Shown one piece after another: positions 41,559 to 54,276 of a DNA stretch of 64,000 bases. How positions within the stretch are numbered: position 1 is the first letter of the stretch; every line of letters starts with the position of its first letter. Below the pieces are notes generated by a model. That model saw nothing but the letters and a program-made list of their open reading frames with translations, searched no databases and had not been told where the DNA came from. Source of the DNA: Octopus sinensis (lineage: Eukaryota); contig NC_042999.1 of NCBI RefSeq assembly GCF_006345805.1, positions 39,184,001 to 39,248,000 on the forward strand, given 5' to 3'. A program made the position numbers and the translations under genes.

Positions 41559-42062
41559 AGTAGTTTTATTTTTATAGCGTGCTTTCACTTCACTACCGAG
41601 CGCAGCTCTGTGTGCCTTGGGTATGTGCTGTGATTTGTTGTGATGCTCTGATGGTTATTGTATGGAAAGTGTTCTGCGTAGGATGTGTGCAGTGCCTAGT
41701 AGTGCAATTTTCTGTATGTTATATGTGTTTGTAAGTCCTGGTGTTTTTGTTATGTATTTGTCTGAATATTTTTTTATCATGCCTAATGCACCTACTATGA
41801 TAGGAATTGATTCTGTTTTCAGGTTCCACATTCTAGTTATCTCTATTTCCAGGTCTTTGTATTTTGAGAGTTTCTCCATTTCTTATAGAGACACGTTGTC
41901 ATCTGCTGGTATTGATACATCAATTAGAAAGCATTTTTTTTCTTCATGATCTCTGACAACTATATCTGGTCTGTTGGCCTTAATTTCTCTATCTGTGTGT
42001 ATCGGCATATCCCAGAGTATGGTTGCTTTCTCGTTTTCTGTGACCTTTTCTGGTGTGTGCCT
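41559..42062 (-). mobile_element. Young 5'-truncated R4/Dong-like non-LTR element (RLE nuclease end + 3'UTR) within (TAA)n
   Basis: HTPEKVTENEKATILWDMPIHTDREIKANRPDIVVRDHEEKKCFLIDVSIPADDNVSL*EMEKLSKYKDLEIEI...GALG...IQKIALLGTAHILRRTL; a single in-frame stop; (TAA)n on both sides. Confidence 0.9.
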
Positions 42063-42096
42063 ATTATTATTATTATTATCATTATTATTATTATTA

Positions 42097-42139
<43 letters not shown>

Positions 42140-42147
<8 letters not shown>

Positions 42148-44210
42148 CATTGCTTTGCACAGCTTCTCTTTTAGGTCACACTCGCTGAGTCACTTCGATG
42201 ATGCATCGTGTTTTTTTAAGTTGCTGGTTTCATGGTGGAACTAACGATGTAATACCACAGAGAATAGGGTTCCTCCTCCTTCGTTGGCTGTTCTTATTCG
42301 GAATTCATGAGCGCTCTGAAGTCCCTTTTAACTCCTTCTGCACTAGCAGCATTCTGTATCACGTCTTCTTTGTTGCTTACCAAATATTGTGCCACGTTAC
42401 ATCTTTCACTGTTGATGCACATCTGTACAATAATCAGCCAACGTCCACCCTTACCTCTATTCATGTAGAGCCTGTGTACATTTGCGTTAGGATGGAGGGC
42501 CCCATGCATTGTCATTGTCTTTCGGGTAGTGCGATCGAGTTGGTCAATCTCCACTTGTGTTCATCTCATGGTGGATACACTATAGCGGACTAAAGCAGCA
42601 ACCGATATGTTGATGGCAGTCACAAGGTTCCTTGAGTTGAGATTTGATTATAAGAAGAGTTTGACGCGCTTGAAATATGCAGTGATGACCTTGTCTTTCA
42701 TTTCTCTGTCAAAAATTTTGTCCAGTTCCTGGATCCCAGGGTAATTGTATCCATCATCATCCGCGTCTTCCATTCTCTCTCTCCATTTGGCAATTCTATA
42801 CCTTTACAGGCGCAGGAGTGGCTCTGTGGTAAGTAGCTTGTTTATCAACCACATGGTTCCTGGTTCAGTCCCACTGCGTGGCACCTTGGCCAAGTGTCTT
42901 CTACTATAGCCTCGGGCCGACCAAAGCCTTGTGAGTAGATTTGGTAGACGGAAACTGAAAGAAGCCCGTCGTATATATGTATATATATATATACATATAT
43001 ATACATATATATATATATACGTGTGTGTGTGTTTGTGTGTCTGTGTTTGTCCCCCTAGCATTGCTTGACAACCGATGCTGGTGTGTTTATGTCCTCGTTA
43101 CTTAGCGGTTAGGCAAAAAAGACCGATAGAATAAGTACTGGGCTTACAAAAGAATAAGTCCCGGGGTCGAGTTGCTCGATTAAAGGCGGTGCTCCAGCAT
43201 GGCCGCAATCAAATGAGTGAAACAAGTAAAAGAGTAAAAGAGTATAGAGCAAAGAGTACAATTTACTTTTTCCCCCGCTTCAAAATAGGCACCATGCAAT
43301 TCAAGATACCGAATATCATCCCTATATCCTTGCTGCATATTTGTACAGTCTCAACCTGTCTTTCCATTGTTTCTCAGCTCATATGTAGGACTACAGCAAG
43401 TGTGATTAAGGATATAGCAAATAACAGAGGTGAACAAGAGTCTTCTTGGAAGATACCTCTTTTGATTGTTATCTCGGAAAGTGCTGGTTGTTACGAGTAG
43501 TTTTCCAGCTACGAATGCTCTTCTTAATCAGTGCAGACACTTTCTCAGCATACCATACATGTTCGTGTATTTCCAAAGTCTACGAATGCGGCAAAATATC
43601 GTAAGTGTTTTTTGAAATCTATTCAGGCCATGCATCATTTTTTTTGTACATTTTACAGTTCTTCATTATAATCTTGTCTATCACAAGGTAGTCCTTTGTG
43701 TTCGTGGATCCTTTTCGCCATCTCTTTTGTTCTACTAGCAGACTGCTTTCTACAAGCAGCGTATATATTTTCCTTGCGAAGGTACCTGTTAATAATTTCC
43801 ATAGGAGGTTAAGACAAGCAATGGGTCGGTAATTGCCAACCTCTTTGCCCTTTGACCGATCTTTCGTGAACAATGTTGTTCTTCCCTCTACTATCCACTC
43901 CGGAACTGTAAGCAATTGTCTAACTGCAACGTAATTCTGTTGTGTTTTGACCTAAACCACTTGAGCCAGTAACCTTGAATTCCGTCTGGTCCTAACACTT
44001 TCCAGTTTGGTAGCTTAGATATCTGTGCAATGACATCTTCCGTTGTTATTCGCCCATGGTCCTATCGTAGAGCCTCCGGGTGTCGTAGTTCGGATCTCAC
44101 GGAGTGAATTCATTCAACACCGTGATTGTACGAAACTTCTTGTCCGCAGATGTTATTCCAAAATTGGCGGATTTCTCCTAATTCAGGAGGTGTATTAGGT
44201 TCTGTATTTC
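42140..44210 (-). mobile_element. Older decayed R4/Dong-like RT, split by a SINE
   Basis: GPDGIQGYWLK, GRTTLF..NYRPIACLNLLWKLLT, RGIFQEDSCSPLLF, AINI..VRYS, LDRTTRKTMTMHGALHP..RLY..RGKGGR, all in the expected order. Confidence 0.85.
42806..43225 (+). mobile_element. Full-length CORE-like tRNA SINE (family A)
   Basis: ggcgcaggagtggctctgtggtaagtagcttg..ggttcagtcccactgcgtggcaccttggccaagtgtcttctactatagcctcgggc (CORE-like)...aaacaagtaaaagagtaaaagag. Confidence 0.9.
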
Positions 44211-44281
44211 CTCTTAAGCCCTTAAAAAACTGCCTCTAGTTATTTGAGAAAAACCAGTTTTGCCTGAACTACGATATGCGA

Positions 44282-44345
<64 letters not shown>

Positions 44346-44384
44346 GTCGTTGTTGATATTATAATGGTAATGAGCTATTAGAAT

Positions 44385-44570
44385 CGTTACTACGCCGAGT
44401 GAAATGTTTAGCGGCATTTGGTCGGTTTTTACTTTCTAAGATCAAATTCCGGTCGAATCTGCTTTTCATCATTTCGGGGTCGATGAAATACGTATCAGTT
44501 ACGCACTGGAGTCGATGTAATTGAATTTCCCCATCCACAAAATTTCAGGCTTTTTCCCTATAACAAAAAG
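44385..44570 (+). mobile_element. Diverged SINE family M between (ATT)n tracts
   Basis: gaatcgttac..gaaatgtttagcggcattt..tcatcatttcggggtcgatgaaa..cagttacgcactgg. Confidence 0.65.
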
Positions 44571-44571
44571 G

Positions 44572-44630
<59 letters not shown>

Positions 44631-46849
44631 TTATTGTTATTATTTTTAAAAACCATCTACCTGGGTTTTTCATTAGCGCGTATACAAATAACCTTTCTCT
44701 AGGCTTAAACATGGAATCCTGTGTCTTGTTAAACCTAAATGCAAATTTCAGACCTATCTGGATTATTTTTCTTCTATCAAAAATATATCTTAAAGATATA
44801 TTAAACTGATTCAAATATGTAGATGCATTCTGTAGTGCAGTATTTTGTGAACCTAGAGAGAAAAAATTATTGTAAGTGAGATTATTCAACATCTTCACTC
44901 TTCATATTTAGAAAAAAACTATCACATTTCTATCTCTGTTTTTGATTCACTGAAATGTGATTCTCATGTTTCAAATGCCTTAAGTCATGCCTTAGTGTGT
45001 TACATATTCGATACGAATGCCAACTCTTAGTTAAGGAATCTTTCATGCATCAGTGGCCAAGTAACCTCTGCTTGGACTTACATTTTTGATTTTAAGATAC
45101 ATAAATAATCATTTAAATATTCTATTGCATATAGGCAAATTAATATATTATACACGTAGTTACTTGTCAATTGTAGTTGTAGCTCTATGAAATGAAAGTA
45201 TAAATATAACGATTGTTAGATTTATTGCTGCTATAATACCTGTAATTTTCCGCTATTAATTCTCGTACAAAATTCTTTTTTTTTCTTGTTTCCAGCGATT
45301 AGCCAAATACTACGTATTGCATGAACAGTGAAAAACGGGGTGAGCATATAAGCGCACTGCATTTATTTTCTTTATCTTTTCAAAAACCATAGCAAATTAA
45401 CACATGAAACAAATAAGAATTAATTTTTAAACCAGTAACAGACAACAATGTCGTGTGCAAACACAAACCAAAACATTATGATGAATATAACACTCCAATT
45501 TTCCATTTCAATTAACTGGAGTCATAATATTTCTGTTACTGGATATAGTTGTATTATAGAGATATGAGCGGCGTAACAAATAGTTTTTAAATATATTAGT
45601 TATAAAAAATCTTACAATTGCATAATGCATTGATTAAACAGTGCTTCAAGAATTATGAATGAATTTCAAAAGATTCCATTCTTTTGTCATATTATTCAAA
45701 TCGTGTAGTCAACTTGAAAAGCAACTTTGCTAATTTCCTAATTAATTTTTTCAAAACTGAGGAAATCAATGGTTATTTTCACATGGTAACAGTATGAAGA
45801 CGACCGAAGTAGAAACAAGTATGATTAAATTACTTTCGTCCTCCTTCTAGTTCATGTACGGCAGTAGTCAATTTCAGCCGTGAAAAGTTTATCAAAATAT
45901 GATATACCATACTATTTTCACAAGGATCAATTCGCAGAAATATTCTTCCAGAAGCAAATATTCACCCTGTTATATACGATACACAAATTATTATATTTCT
46001 CCCTTTGTGATGTAGTAGACTTCAAAGATTTTGTTGTTGAACTGTGTAGCTTACAAAGGCGAAATTTTCGGTTCTAATTCAGATACGTCTTTAATACATG
46101 ATGCATATTTTTTATCATTCTTCATATTTCACTTTCCATATTAATATGCATTTATTATGTACGTAGATAATACATCTATGTAGTTCTCGCAGCTTAGGTT
46201 ATTCTACTAAAACCTCAATTTCTTGCAAGGTCACAGATCACTAAATATTCTTCCTTTACTTTGGTTTTAGTTCCGTTCCACGAAGTCATTACGTCAGTTA
46301 CTCACTGGTCACAACATTTGTCGTTTCAAATTCTATAAGAAGCGGTTTCTCTCCCTTGGGTCAAAGCAACTATATTTCTGATGAGTGAATGCCACTTTGG
46401 ATTGTTCACCTGACATGCGGTCGACGCTGTGAAGGGAAGACAAAATATATAGATAAATATCGTGTTTCCTACAGCCTTAGTAAAATTATATCATCCTTAG
46501 AATGCTAGAGTACTACTGTGAATATGGAAGCACATAAGAATTCTGAATAAAGAAAAGACAAAATATCGAGAAGCTTCTTATCTAAAGGTGTAACTATTTA
46601 TCCAGTTACTGTTTCCATCTAAGTTTTAGGATTGACTAAATTAAGCCTTGTACGCGGTTGGAACTATTTATCAATAAAGAAGGATTGCAGTTTTCATCAC
46701 GGTGAGTTTTTACAATATATATGCTTTGTAGGCATTGAAGAAAAATGTAGTAATGTGGCTGGTGCCGTAAATACAACCAAAATGATTTGTCACTGGAAAA
46801 TTATTGTCAAAGGTAATTTAGAAGGTAGTAAGGTGCAACATTTTAAGTT

Positions 46850-46926
<77 letters not shown>

Positions 46927-46939
46927 ATAATAATAATAA

Positions 46940-47475
46940 AGATGCCCTGATGCAGTACCAAGCAGTGACTCTCGTGGCTTCTGATCTTAACTGATTGGAA
47001 ATGTTATCATGTACATTGATTTGTCTTGGTATAAAAGATGGGCTACAGCAAATATTCTGCTCAATACCACAGATTTGATTGTCAGTTGTTTGATCGTAAC
47101 CAGTTGAGCATGTCCCTTAGTGGCTGACGATATGTGCATCTCTGATCACGAGCAGAAGTAGTTGTGGAGCATCATAGCCATGTGTTGAGAGGGATTCTTT
47201 GGGGTTCGAATAATTCACCTCTGGAAACATGAGCGTTTCGTCCAACATCCTTATTCAGGGACCATTTGAGCGGGATGGGCTACTCGACTAGAAGAAATTT
47301 CTAACTAGGCTCTACCTGCAAGGTCATGTGCTGTTTATCACCATGTCGCGCACATATTGTTGTGATGCATGCGCCTAGTGTACCCTAATCAGACGGGTAG
47401 TCATGATGGGTATACTGAGCTTCGTATATTTTACCACAGTGTCACTTTGATGGTATGCACTGCTCTCTCACTCAA
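46940..47475. mobile_element. Non-coding ~540-bp interspersed element flanked by (ACT)n/(AAT)n
   Basis: Sharp-edged, higher-GC block bounded on both sides by TAA-type repeats; no ORF; family identity unknown. Confidence 0.5.
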
Positions 47476-48141
47476 TAATAATAATAATGATAATAATAGT
47501 GATAGAATTACTAGTCACTAATCTGGTAGAGAAACGTCATTTTGGCACTCAGTAGGAACGTGGAGTTGCATAAGTAAACTTGATAATTTTAATATTAGTA
47601 ACTGTAAAAGTAGGTAAGCTTACTTAGTGCAACATAGTATCAGATTAAGAAGAGGAAATAAACTACGATTTAAAGATACATCAAGAAGCTTCGCAGTAGA
47701 CAGTTTTACAATTATTCGCAGTTGGATTCATTTTGCTTGGTCACGAATAAATTTATATTTCTTCCGTACATGCAGATGAATATATATTAATGTTCAACAT
47801 TACAAGTTACTATATCGGAATATCATGTGCTTCGTGCATGATATTATCGATTCCTAAAATTCCTCGAAACATGAACATTTTTGAGAAAAGATACATTTGA
47901 TTAAGGGTAACCCTCAGTATGACAGTAATACATCTGTATGCGTAAATTCAATGACAAAATGCTAATTGTACACTTATATCACCCTCCCTCTCTCTCTCTC
48001 TGAATATATAATATATATATATATGTGTGTTTGTGTGTGTGTGTGTGTGTGTATAGTATATGTGTGTAGTGTGTGTGTGTAATCTACAAAGAGAAATAAA
48101 TGTGTACGTGGGATTTTTTAAATATATATATATATATATAT

Positions 48142-48390
48142 AAGCCAATACATAAGATTAATTAATTTATATTATTTTAAATATATATCAAAATTATTAA
48201 AAAAAGATAATTAGTATAACACTACGATCGTTATATATTATATTAAATTAGAGATAAAACCACTATTAGGCAAATCATACAATGAAAAATTTAAGCCAAT
48301 ACATAAGATTAATTAATTTATATTATTTTAAATATATATCAAAATTATTAAAAAAAGATAATTAGTATAACACTACGATCGTTATATATA
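48142..48390 (-). repeat. 151-bp tandem duplication related to the HHR element at 61770-62210
   Basis: aagccaatacataagatt recurs at 48142 and 48293; shares caatacataagatt and aattagaga.aaaaccactatt with 61870-61935. Confidence 0.7.
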
Positions 48391-48949
48391 TATGTGTGCA
48401 TGGATGCATATATATATATTGTGCTATCTAATATATAATTTGAGAAGCAAATACCTTGTATTTAGAACTATATGTGTACGGTATTCCTGATAGTATTATT
48501 GTGAGTTTATGGGCACGAATCAATAATAGTTTGGGTATGCCACGGGTTACTGATGTTACTGGCGGTTACAGACTCCTGGTATTTAAAATTTCTACTCATC
48601 TCAAACGTTTTGACAATGCTTTCTGAATATGTAATATATCTCGGGGATGGCAGGTGATGGTTCTGCAATTTCTGACCTGAACATCTGCACAATTGATATG
48701 TTTATAATGATGAAATGTTCGTGTTGCATATAATAATACACCCTACATGAAATTAATGCGGCATTTTCGGGTGCATTATGTACCACAATCAGATATTGGA
48801 TTGAGTGTAGAGCAGCATGTGATGAATTGTCTACTCAAAAAAAGACAACGTACCTCCGGGTCTCACGGCCGTCACTCATACTTCTAAGCACCAGGAAGAG
48901 AGGCCTCAACAATAGACGAGTATCAGCTGGAAGATGCACTGGCTGATCA

Positions 48950-49210
48950 AGGTACTTTTGTGGAAACTGATCAAATGAGGTTTAGTTTGCAACATAGTTC
49001 TCGTTGTATCCTTCATAACTCCTCCATCGATATTACCATGCTTGGATCCCATAGGTAAAACACGTTCACAGCATCGGATATAACGTCATCATCGCTGCGA
49101 TAATGAAATACAGCCAAGTGATGTTTCATTTTGAGAAACAGATGATAGTTAGATGAGGCCAATTCAGAAGAATAATAGAGGGTTATCAACTACTTCAAAG
49201 CCACAGTCGC
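48950..49210 (-). mobile_element. Degenerate mariner transposase C-terminal remnant
   Basis: Minus-strand trace aligns loosely with HPPYSPDLAPSDYHLFPKMK...SDDDVI. Confidence 0.4.
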
Positions 49211-49484
49211 GCAAACCATCTTCTGGAGCTAAGTACTTGTTGTAAGGAAACAAATCTCCTTTCGTCAGTTTCCCTACGTGTTTCGTTTTGATAGTCTTTC
49301 GTAACCGCTTTGTTGAGTTGTTGTGTGTATGTGTGTGCGTGTATGTGATAGTGTGTAAAAGAGACAATGAGAGAGTGAAAGAGAGAGAAAGAGAGTGAGA
49401 GAAAGAGAGTGAGGATGAGCATTTTAAAGGCGGTGAAGGAGTGGGAGAGGTAGAGAAATAAATAATGCATGGGCGAGAGGTATA

Positions 49485-49707
49485 TATTTCTTTACTGCCC
49501 AGAAGGGGCTAAACATAGAGGGGACAAACAAGGACAGACGAAGGGATTGAGTCGATTATATGGCCTCTAGTGCGAAACTGGTACTTTATTTATCGACCCA
49601 GAAAGGATGAAAGGCAAAGTTGACCTCGGCAGAATTTGAACTCAGAAGGTAACGCAGACGAAATACCGCTAAGCATTTCGCCCGGCGCGCTAACGCGTCT
49701 GCCAGCT
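49485..49707 (-). mobile_element. SINE family M with a 16-bp target-site duplication
   Basis: Flanked by atgggcgagaggtata (49469-49484) and atgggcgagagatata (49708-49723). Confidence 0.9.
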
Positions 49708-51039
49708 ATGGGCGAGAGATATAAACACTAAATAAGTTTTGCACGCGTGCCTGGATGCGTGGAGCGGGTGCGTGAGCCATTGGCGGTAAAAGACTTCCCT
49801 CTGAATGGCGTATTTTGTAATCTCTACTACTTGACAGCTACAGTAAATTTTTACTAATTTTAATCATGTAGTTCAAACATAACCTCATAAACGTGACAAT
49901 TTTATAAGGTATAGATATATGTATGCATATCTGTCCATGTACTTACATGTATATATGAATGTATGCATATGAATGTAAGTATGTATATGTGGGTGCACGT
50001 GTATCTCTGTGTGTGAGTGTACCCTTACGTGCATGAAAGGAAAAAATGGCAGATAAAGCGGAAAACCATTGTATGGTCAATAGCTCAGTTGGCAAAACAG
50101 CGTGTTGAGTCAGACAATCTCTTGGTGGAATACAGAGTTGCGGCCTTTCTTTATGGAAATAATTTGACCCACATCAAGAACATAATTGCATGCGTAGGAA
50201 ATCATGGATCTTTCAGTATTCGAATGGCAATGATTAATATTGAACATGCTAAGAGCAGGTGACATGTAAGAAGAGAATGTATTTATGTAATATATATATA
50301 TATATATCACAAAATAGACAGTGTAAGATTGAGAGAGAATCGCACAGACAGACACTCACACACGCTCATGCATGTACACATATATACATATGTATATATG
50401 TATATATATATATATATACGTGTATATATATATATATATGACAGAGAAAACTGAATTACAGCGAAAGATATAGTGAAATAAATTTGCGTAAATCAGTGTA
50501 AGAAGACATGTCTACGTAATTTAGAAACCATACAAATTTTGTGTGAGCGTTTATGTAACTAAATATCAGCATTAGATTCCATATTTTATTGAAAAAAGAA
50601 AAAAAATATGAATCATATACATATACATAAAGACACACTTAGTGAATTTAATTAAATTGCATGGATATTTTAATCAGCTCTGTCACAAGTTATTAAATGC
50701 GAACGTTATTACATTCAGAAATAGTAACATATATGATTATATAAAACACATACAAATATAAAACTATTTGACATGTGTGAGTGTATGTGTGTGTGTGTGA
50801 GTGTATGTGTGTGCGTGTGCGTGTGTGTGTGTGTGTGTATGTGTGTGCGTGCGTGCCTGTGTGTGTGTATAAAAGTGTTCTGGATAAATTTACCGATTTT
50901 GGTCCCCTTTTTTCCCCCGGTATAGCTGAACGTATTTGTAAATATCCAACAGCATTAGAGAGCATGGAGATTAAAGCTGTATTTGAAATAAAGTTACCCT
51001 ACATGTAGGACTAGATTCCCTTGTAATATTGCAAAAGAT

Positions 51040-51470
51040 TTACCTTTATGACAATGTCTTTCCCCGGGTATCAAAATGCCGACATCAGGAATGCTGTTCA
51101 ATGTTCTATGCCCACTGTACAGGCTGTAAGATGTGACATGGAAAGCCGCAACAGAAGTCACAGAGCCGCGGTCCGTGGTAAAGCTCAAAGCAGGCGTTCT
51201 GGAACAACAGAATTCATCCAGGACATGGTGATGAAAAGTTCGACCAATGTATTAGCGTCTTTGGGCTAGAGAGATGTGTGTTGAAGTTGAAACTGGCTCT
51301 GAATAGTCTTAAATATCTTGTTGGGGCCGAAGTGATCTGGTTCTCAGATGAAATGAAATTCTGCCAAGAAAAGTTGCACAACAACCACAGAAACAGGTGG
51401 CGTGCCTACAATTGATGTGACGCCTACTCCTATGATTAAATTTCACCTAAACTATGGTAGTCGCTAGATG
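51040..51470 (+). mobile_element. Second maT/DD37D-like transposase remnant
   Basis: IWFSDEMKFCQEKLHNNHRNRW parallels FSDDKNVCQDKMVNTQDNRW at ~1950. Confidence 0.6.
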
Positions 51471-51632
51471 ATTTTCGTGACAGGATGATGTCACGTTGCC
51501 CTACTTATTTTAACCGAGCCAGCTTAAAGCTTCATTCGGACTGATGGGGGAAGCGTGGTGAAGAGGGCTGCTACTGGGTGACCGTTTGCATGACAACATG
51601 ATTCGATTCATTGTCAAATATTTTCTCATATC

Positions 51633-51671
51633 GTCTCTGATGAAGGGATATCCCCAAAACAGCTGTAAGAC
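51633..51671 (+). ncRNA. Minimal type I hammerhead, core mutated
   Basis: gtct-CTGATGA-a ggg atat ccc c-AAAA-cagctg-TA-agac: stem I and palindromic stem III intact; GAAA reads AAAA, consistent with CpG decay. Confidence 0.6.
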
Positions 51672-51756
51672 TATTCTATTATAAATGATAAATGTCCTGA
51701 AAACTCCTTACAGCGTTGGCTTTGTCATCTCATCCTGTCTAATATACATGTATGAC

Positions 51757-51814
<58 letters not shown>

Positions 51815-52540
51815 CGGTATCAAAACGTTCCTGCACTAGTTATGTTTAATAAAAAAAAAAAACTTATTTACCTAACATCATATTCTTCGAAGTAGTCTCC
51901 ATGGGCAGCAATACACGAGTTAAAGCGTTCCTGCCACATTTAGAATCCAACTTTTAAGTACATTTCGGAAACCGAGTCGAGCTCATTCTGCGATTTGCTC
52001 TGAATCTCAACAACTTTTTAGCTGCTTTGTTATCTAGGGGAAGTCCACATGTGCTAAATCTAGCGACAAAAGCGTTTGCCGAAGCGATATAATGTTTTGT
52101 TGGGGGAGAAACTCACGAGTGAGGAAAGCTTGGTGACGGGGTGCATTATCATTATGAAAAATCCAATCCTTCGTGCTCTACATATCCGGTTGTTCTCGCT
52201 GAATTCCCTCCTTCAACGCTTCAAATTGTCGCATTAGATTTCTGCATTGAGGGTCGGGCCCAAGGAAAAGAATTCTTCATGCGCAATAATGGTGATGTTA
52301 GAAATAACAATGAGCATGCTCTTGATAGGGCTGCGACTTTGTCGTGCTTTTCCGGTCGAGAAAAAATGGAGGGCTCTTCCGTGCAGTGCCTGTAGACCAA
52401 ACTCGCGTCACTGGTGATGATCTTTGATGTGAAACATGGACTTCAACACGATGTCACTCGGTACACTACTTCATGACAATGACTACTAGTGTCACTGATC
52501 ACGTAACAATGTGCTGCCAATTGTTGGCGTGCTACAGAAC
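51815..52540 (-). mobile_element. Decayed mariner element (catalytic region and end)
   Basis: The minus strand aligns loosely with SKIITGDETWVY...HHDNAP...WQERWDRCIAAQGDYFE; many stops. Confidence 0.6.
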
Positions 52541-52679
52541 ATGCATACACACGTACGCACACACACATACCTATTCATTTATATGTACATATATATATAC
52601 GCATGGATATCAGTGTGTACAGACACACACATGTGCATGTATATGCGTACGCGCGCACATGTATTTGCACTCATGCGCA

Positions 52680-53050
52680 TAGCAAGCGTTTGGATTGGTA
52701 TGCGTTGGGGGTTGGTAAGCGTTCCTGTTTGGTAATTATCACTCATGCTCATGACGTTGGTTGGATGCAATGAAACTAGTGCAGGTAGTGCAGAGTAGCA
52801 TCTGGTACTAAGGGTGATATATCCGCGTTGTCGGCAGTCAGAGGCTTGTAATTTATCGGAAGGGCATAGCTCTGGTGACAACAGTAACATCAATCGTATT
52901 TCTTGTTGATGGATCCTGCGGGTTGTTCAACGATAAGCAGTTTGTCGCGGGTGCAGAGCTGGTGTTGGTGGTGCTGTATCAATATGGTAGCACCCTGTCG
53001 ACAATAGTCTACCGCACCGCAGTTCTACCATATTCACTCACTTTCACCGA
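52680..53050 (-). mobile_element. Possible inverted PLE RT N-terminal fragment
   Basis: Traces DPSTRNTI and LPALVSLHPTN weakly recall DPT...PGRPIVS..CPT; adjacent to a plus-strand PLE. Confidence 0.25.
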
Positions 53051-53055
53051 CCGTA

Positions 53056-53089
<34 letters not shown>

Positions 53090-53099
53090 ACCTACCACC

Positions 53100-53990
53100 C
53101 GTCCATCCTCCCTCTTAAGCACAAACTCACCCACAACATTCGCATTCTTCTTTCTGACCCAAGAGCCGCCCCTAACTTTTCTACACCACCTCTCCTGTCT
53201 TTTAAAAAAGATAGGAAACTTAGAAATATCGTTGTTAAAAGTTTCACGCTACCTAGCTCCGCACAACCAAGAACCTTTAAATGTTTTCGCCGACGATGTA
53301 ACACATACTCCTGCATCAACAATATTACTACCATCAAGGGGCCCAAAATGCAATATCATATAGCGCACGACGTCTGTTGCACTTCAGCGAATCTCATGTA
53401 TTGCATCATATGCAAACTCTGCGGGGCTCTTTACGTTTGGAGAAACAGGGCAACGCTTTGGGGATCGTTTTCCCGAACACATCAGAAGCATGAAGCTACA
53501 TATGCCAGGCCAATCTGTTACCACCCACTTCGACACTACGAATCATTCTATTGCAGATTTATCAGTGTGTGGTATATATGGCCTTGCACCACGGATCCCA
53601 TCAATGAACACATCAATGTCTCATATTTGAGCTTGGCACTATGCCCACAACAGGTATCAATGAACCTCTTTTCCTTTCATGCTTTCATCTCCTCTTAATT
53701 CATTTTTATCCTTTTTAATCTTCCTTCCACACTCTCTCAGCAACATTCACGTATTTACTTAACTCCACTCTCTCTATCACCCTTTTCCTTTCTGCACGCC
53801 CTCTCTTGTGACTCCTGTTTCACGTTAGCAGCCCGTGTTATTCTGCGGCCATTATCAGTTGCAGTCAGTTTTTCAAGCTCACAGGATGTAAAGTCTGCTT
53901 GACTTTTTCTCCTTTTCTTCTCTTTTTCGCTGCCCGCTGACGAAGGATTGAATCCAAAACATTGGATATTCCTCTCCTCGCGGTAATTTC
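53100..53990 (+). mobile_element. Neptune-like Penelope element: linker zinc knuckle, GIY-YIG endonuclease and pLTR with degenerate HHR
   Basis: PPLLSFKKDRKLRNIVVKS...FKCFRRRCNTY...CTSANLMYCIICKLCGALYV/GETGQRFGDRFPEH...HFDTTNHS...LIFELGTMPTTGINE (frameshifts); ctgacga-a-ggat tga atcc-aaaa at 53937-53959. Confidence 0.85.
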
Positions 53991-54061
53991 ACTATACCCG
54001 TTTCACCTTTTTCCATATTTTTAGAATCCTTGCCGACGCAGAACTATCAGATTATTGCCTG

Positions 54062-54098
<37 letters not shown>

Positions 54099-54236
54099 AG
54101 TGTGTGTGTATGTGTGTGTGTATGTGTGTGTGTGCGTGTGTGCGTGTGTGAGTGTGCGTGTGTGTTTGCATGTGTATGTGTGTGTGTATGCGTGTATGTA
54201 TACGTGTGAGTGTGGGTTCGCGCTCGCACCTAGTCT

Positions 54237-54276
<40 letters not shown>

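Noticed and set aside
50073-50110. tagctcagttgg A-box suggesting a tRNA
   Set aside because: No T-arm/B-box or acceptor stem follows.
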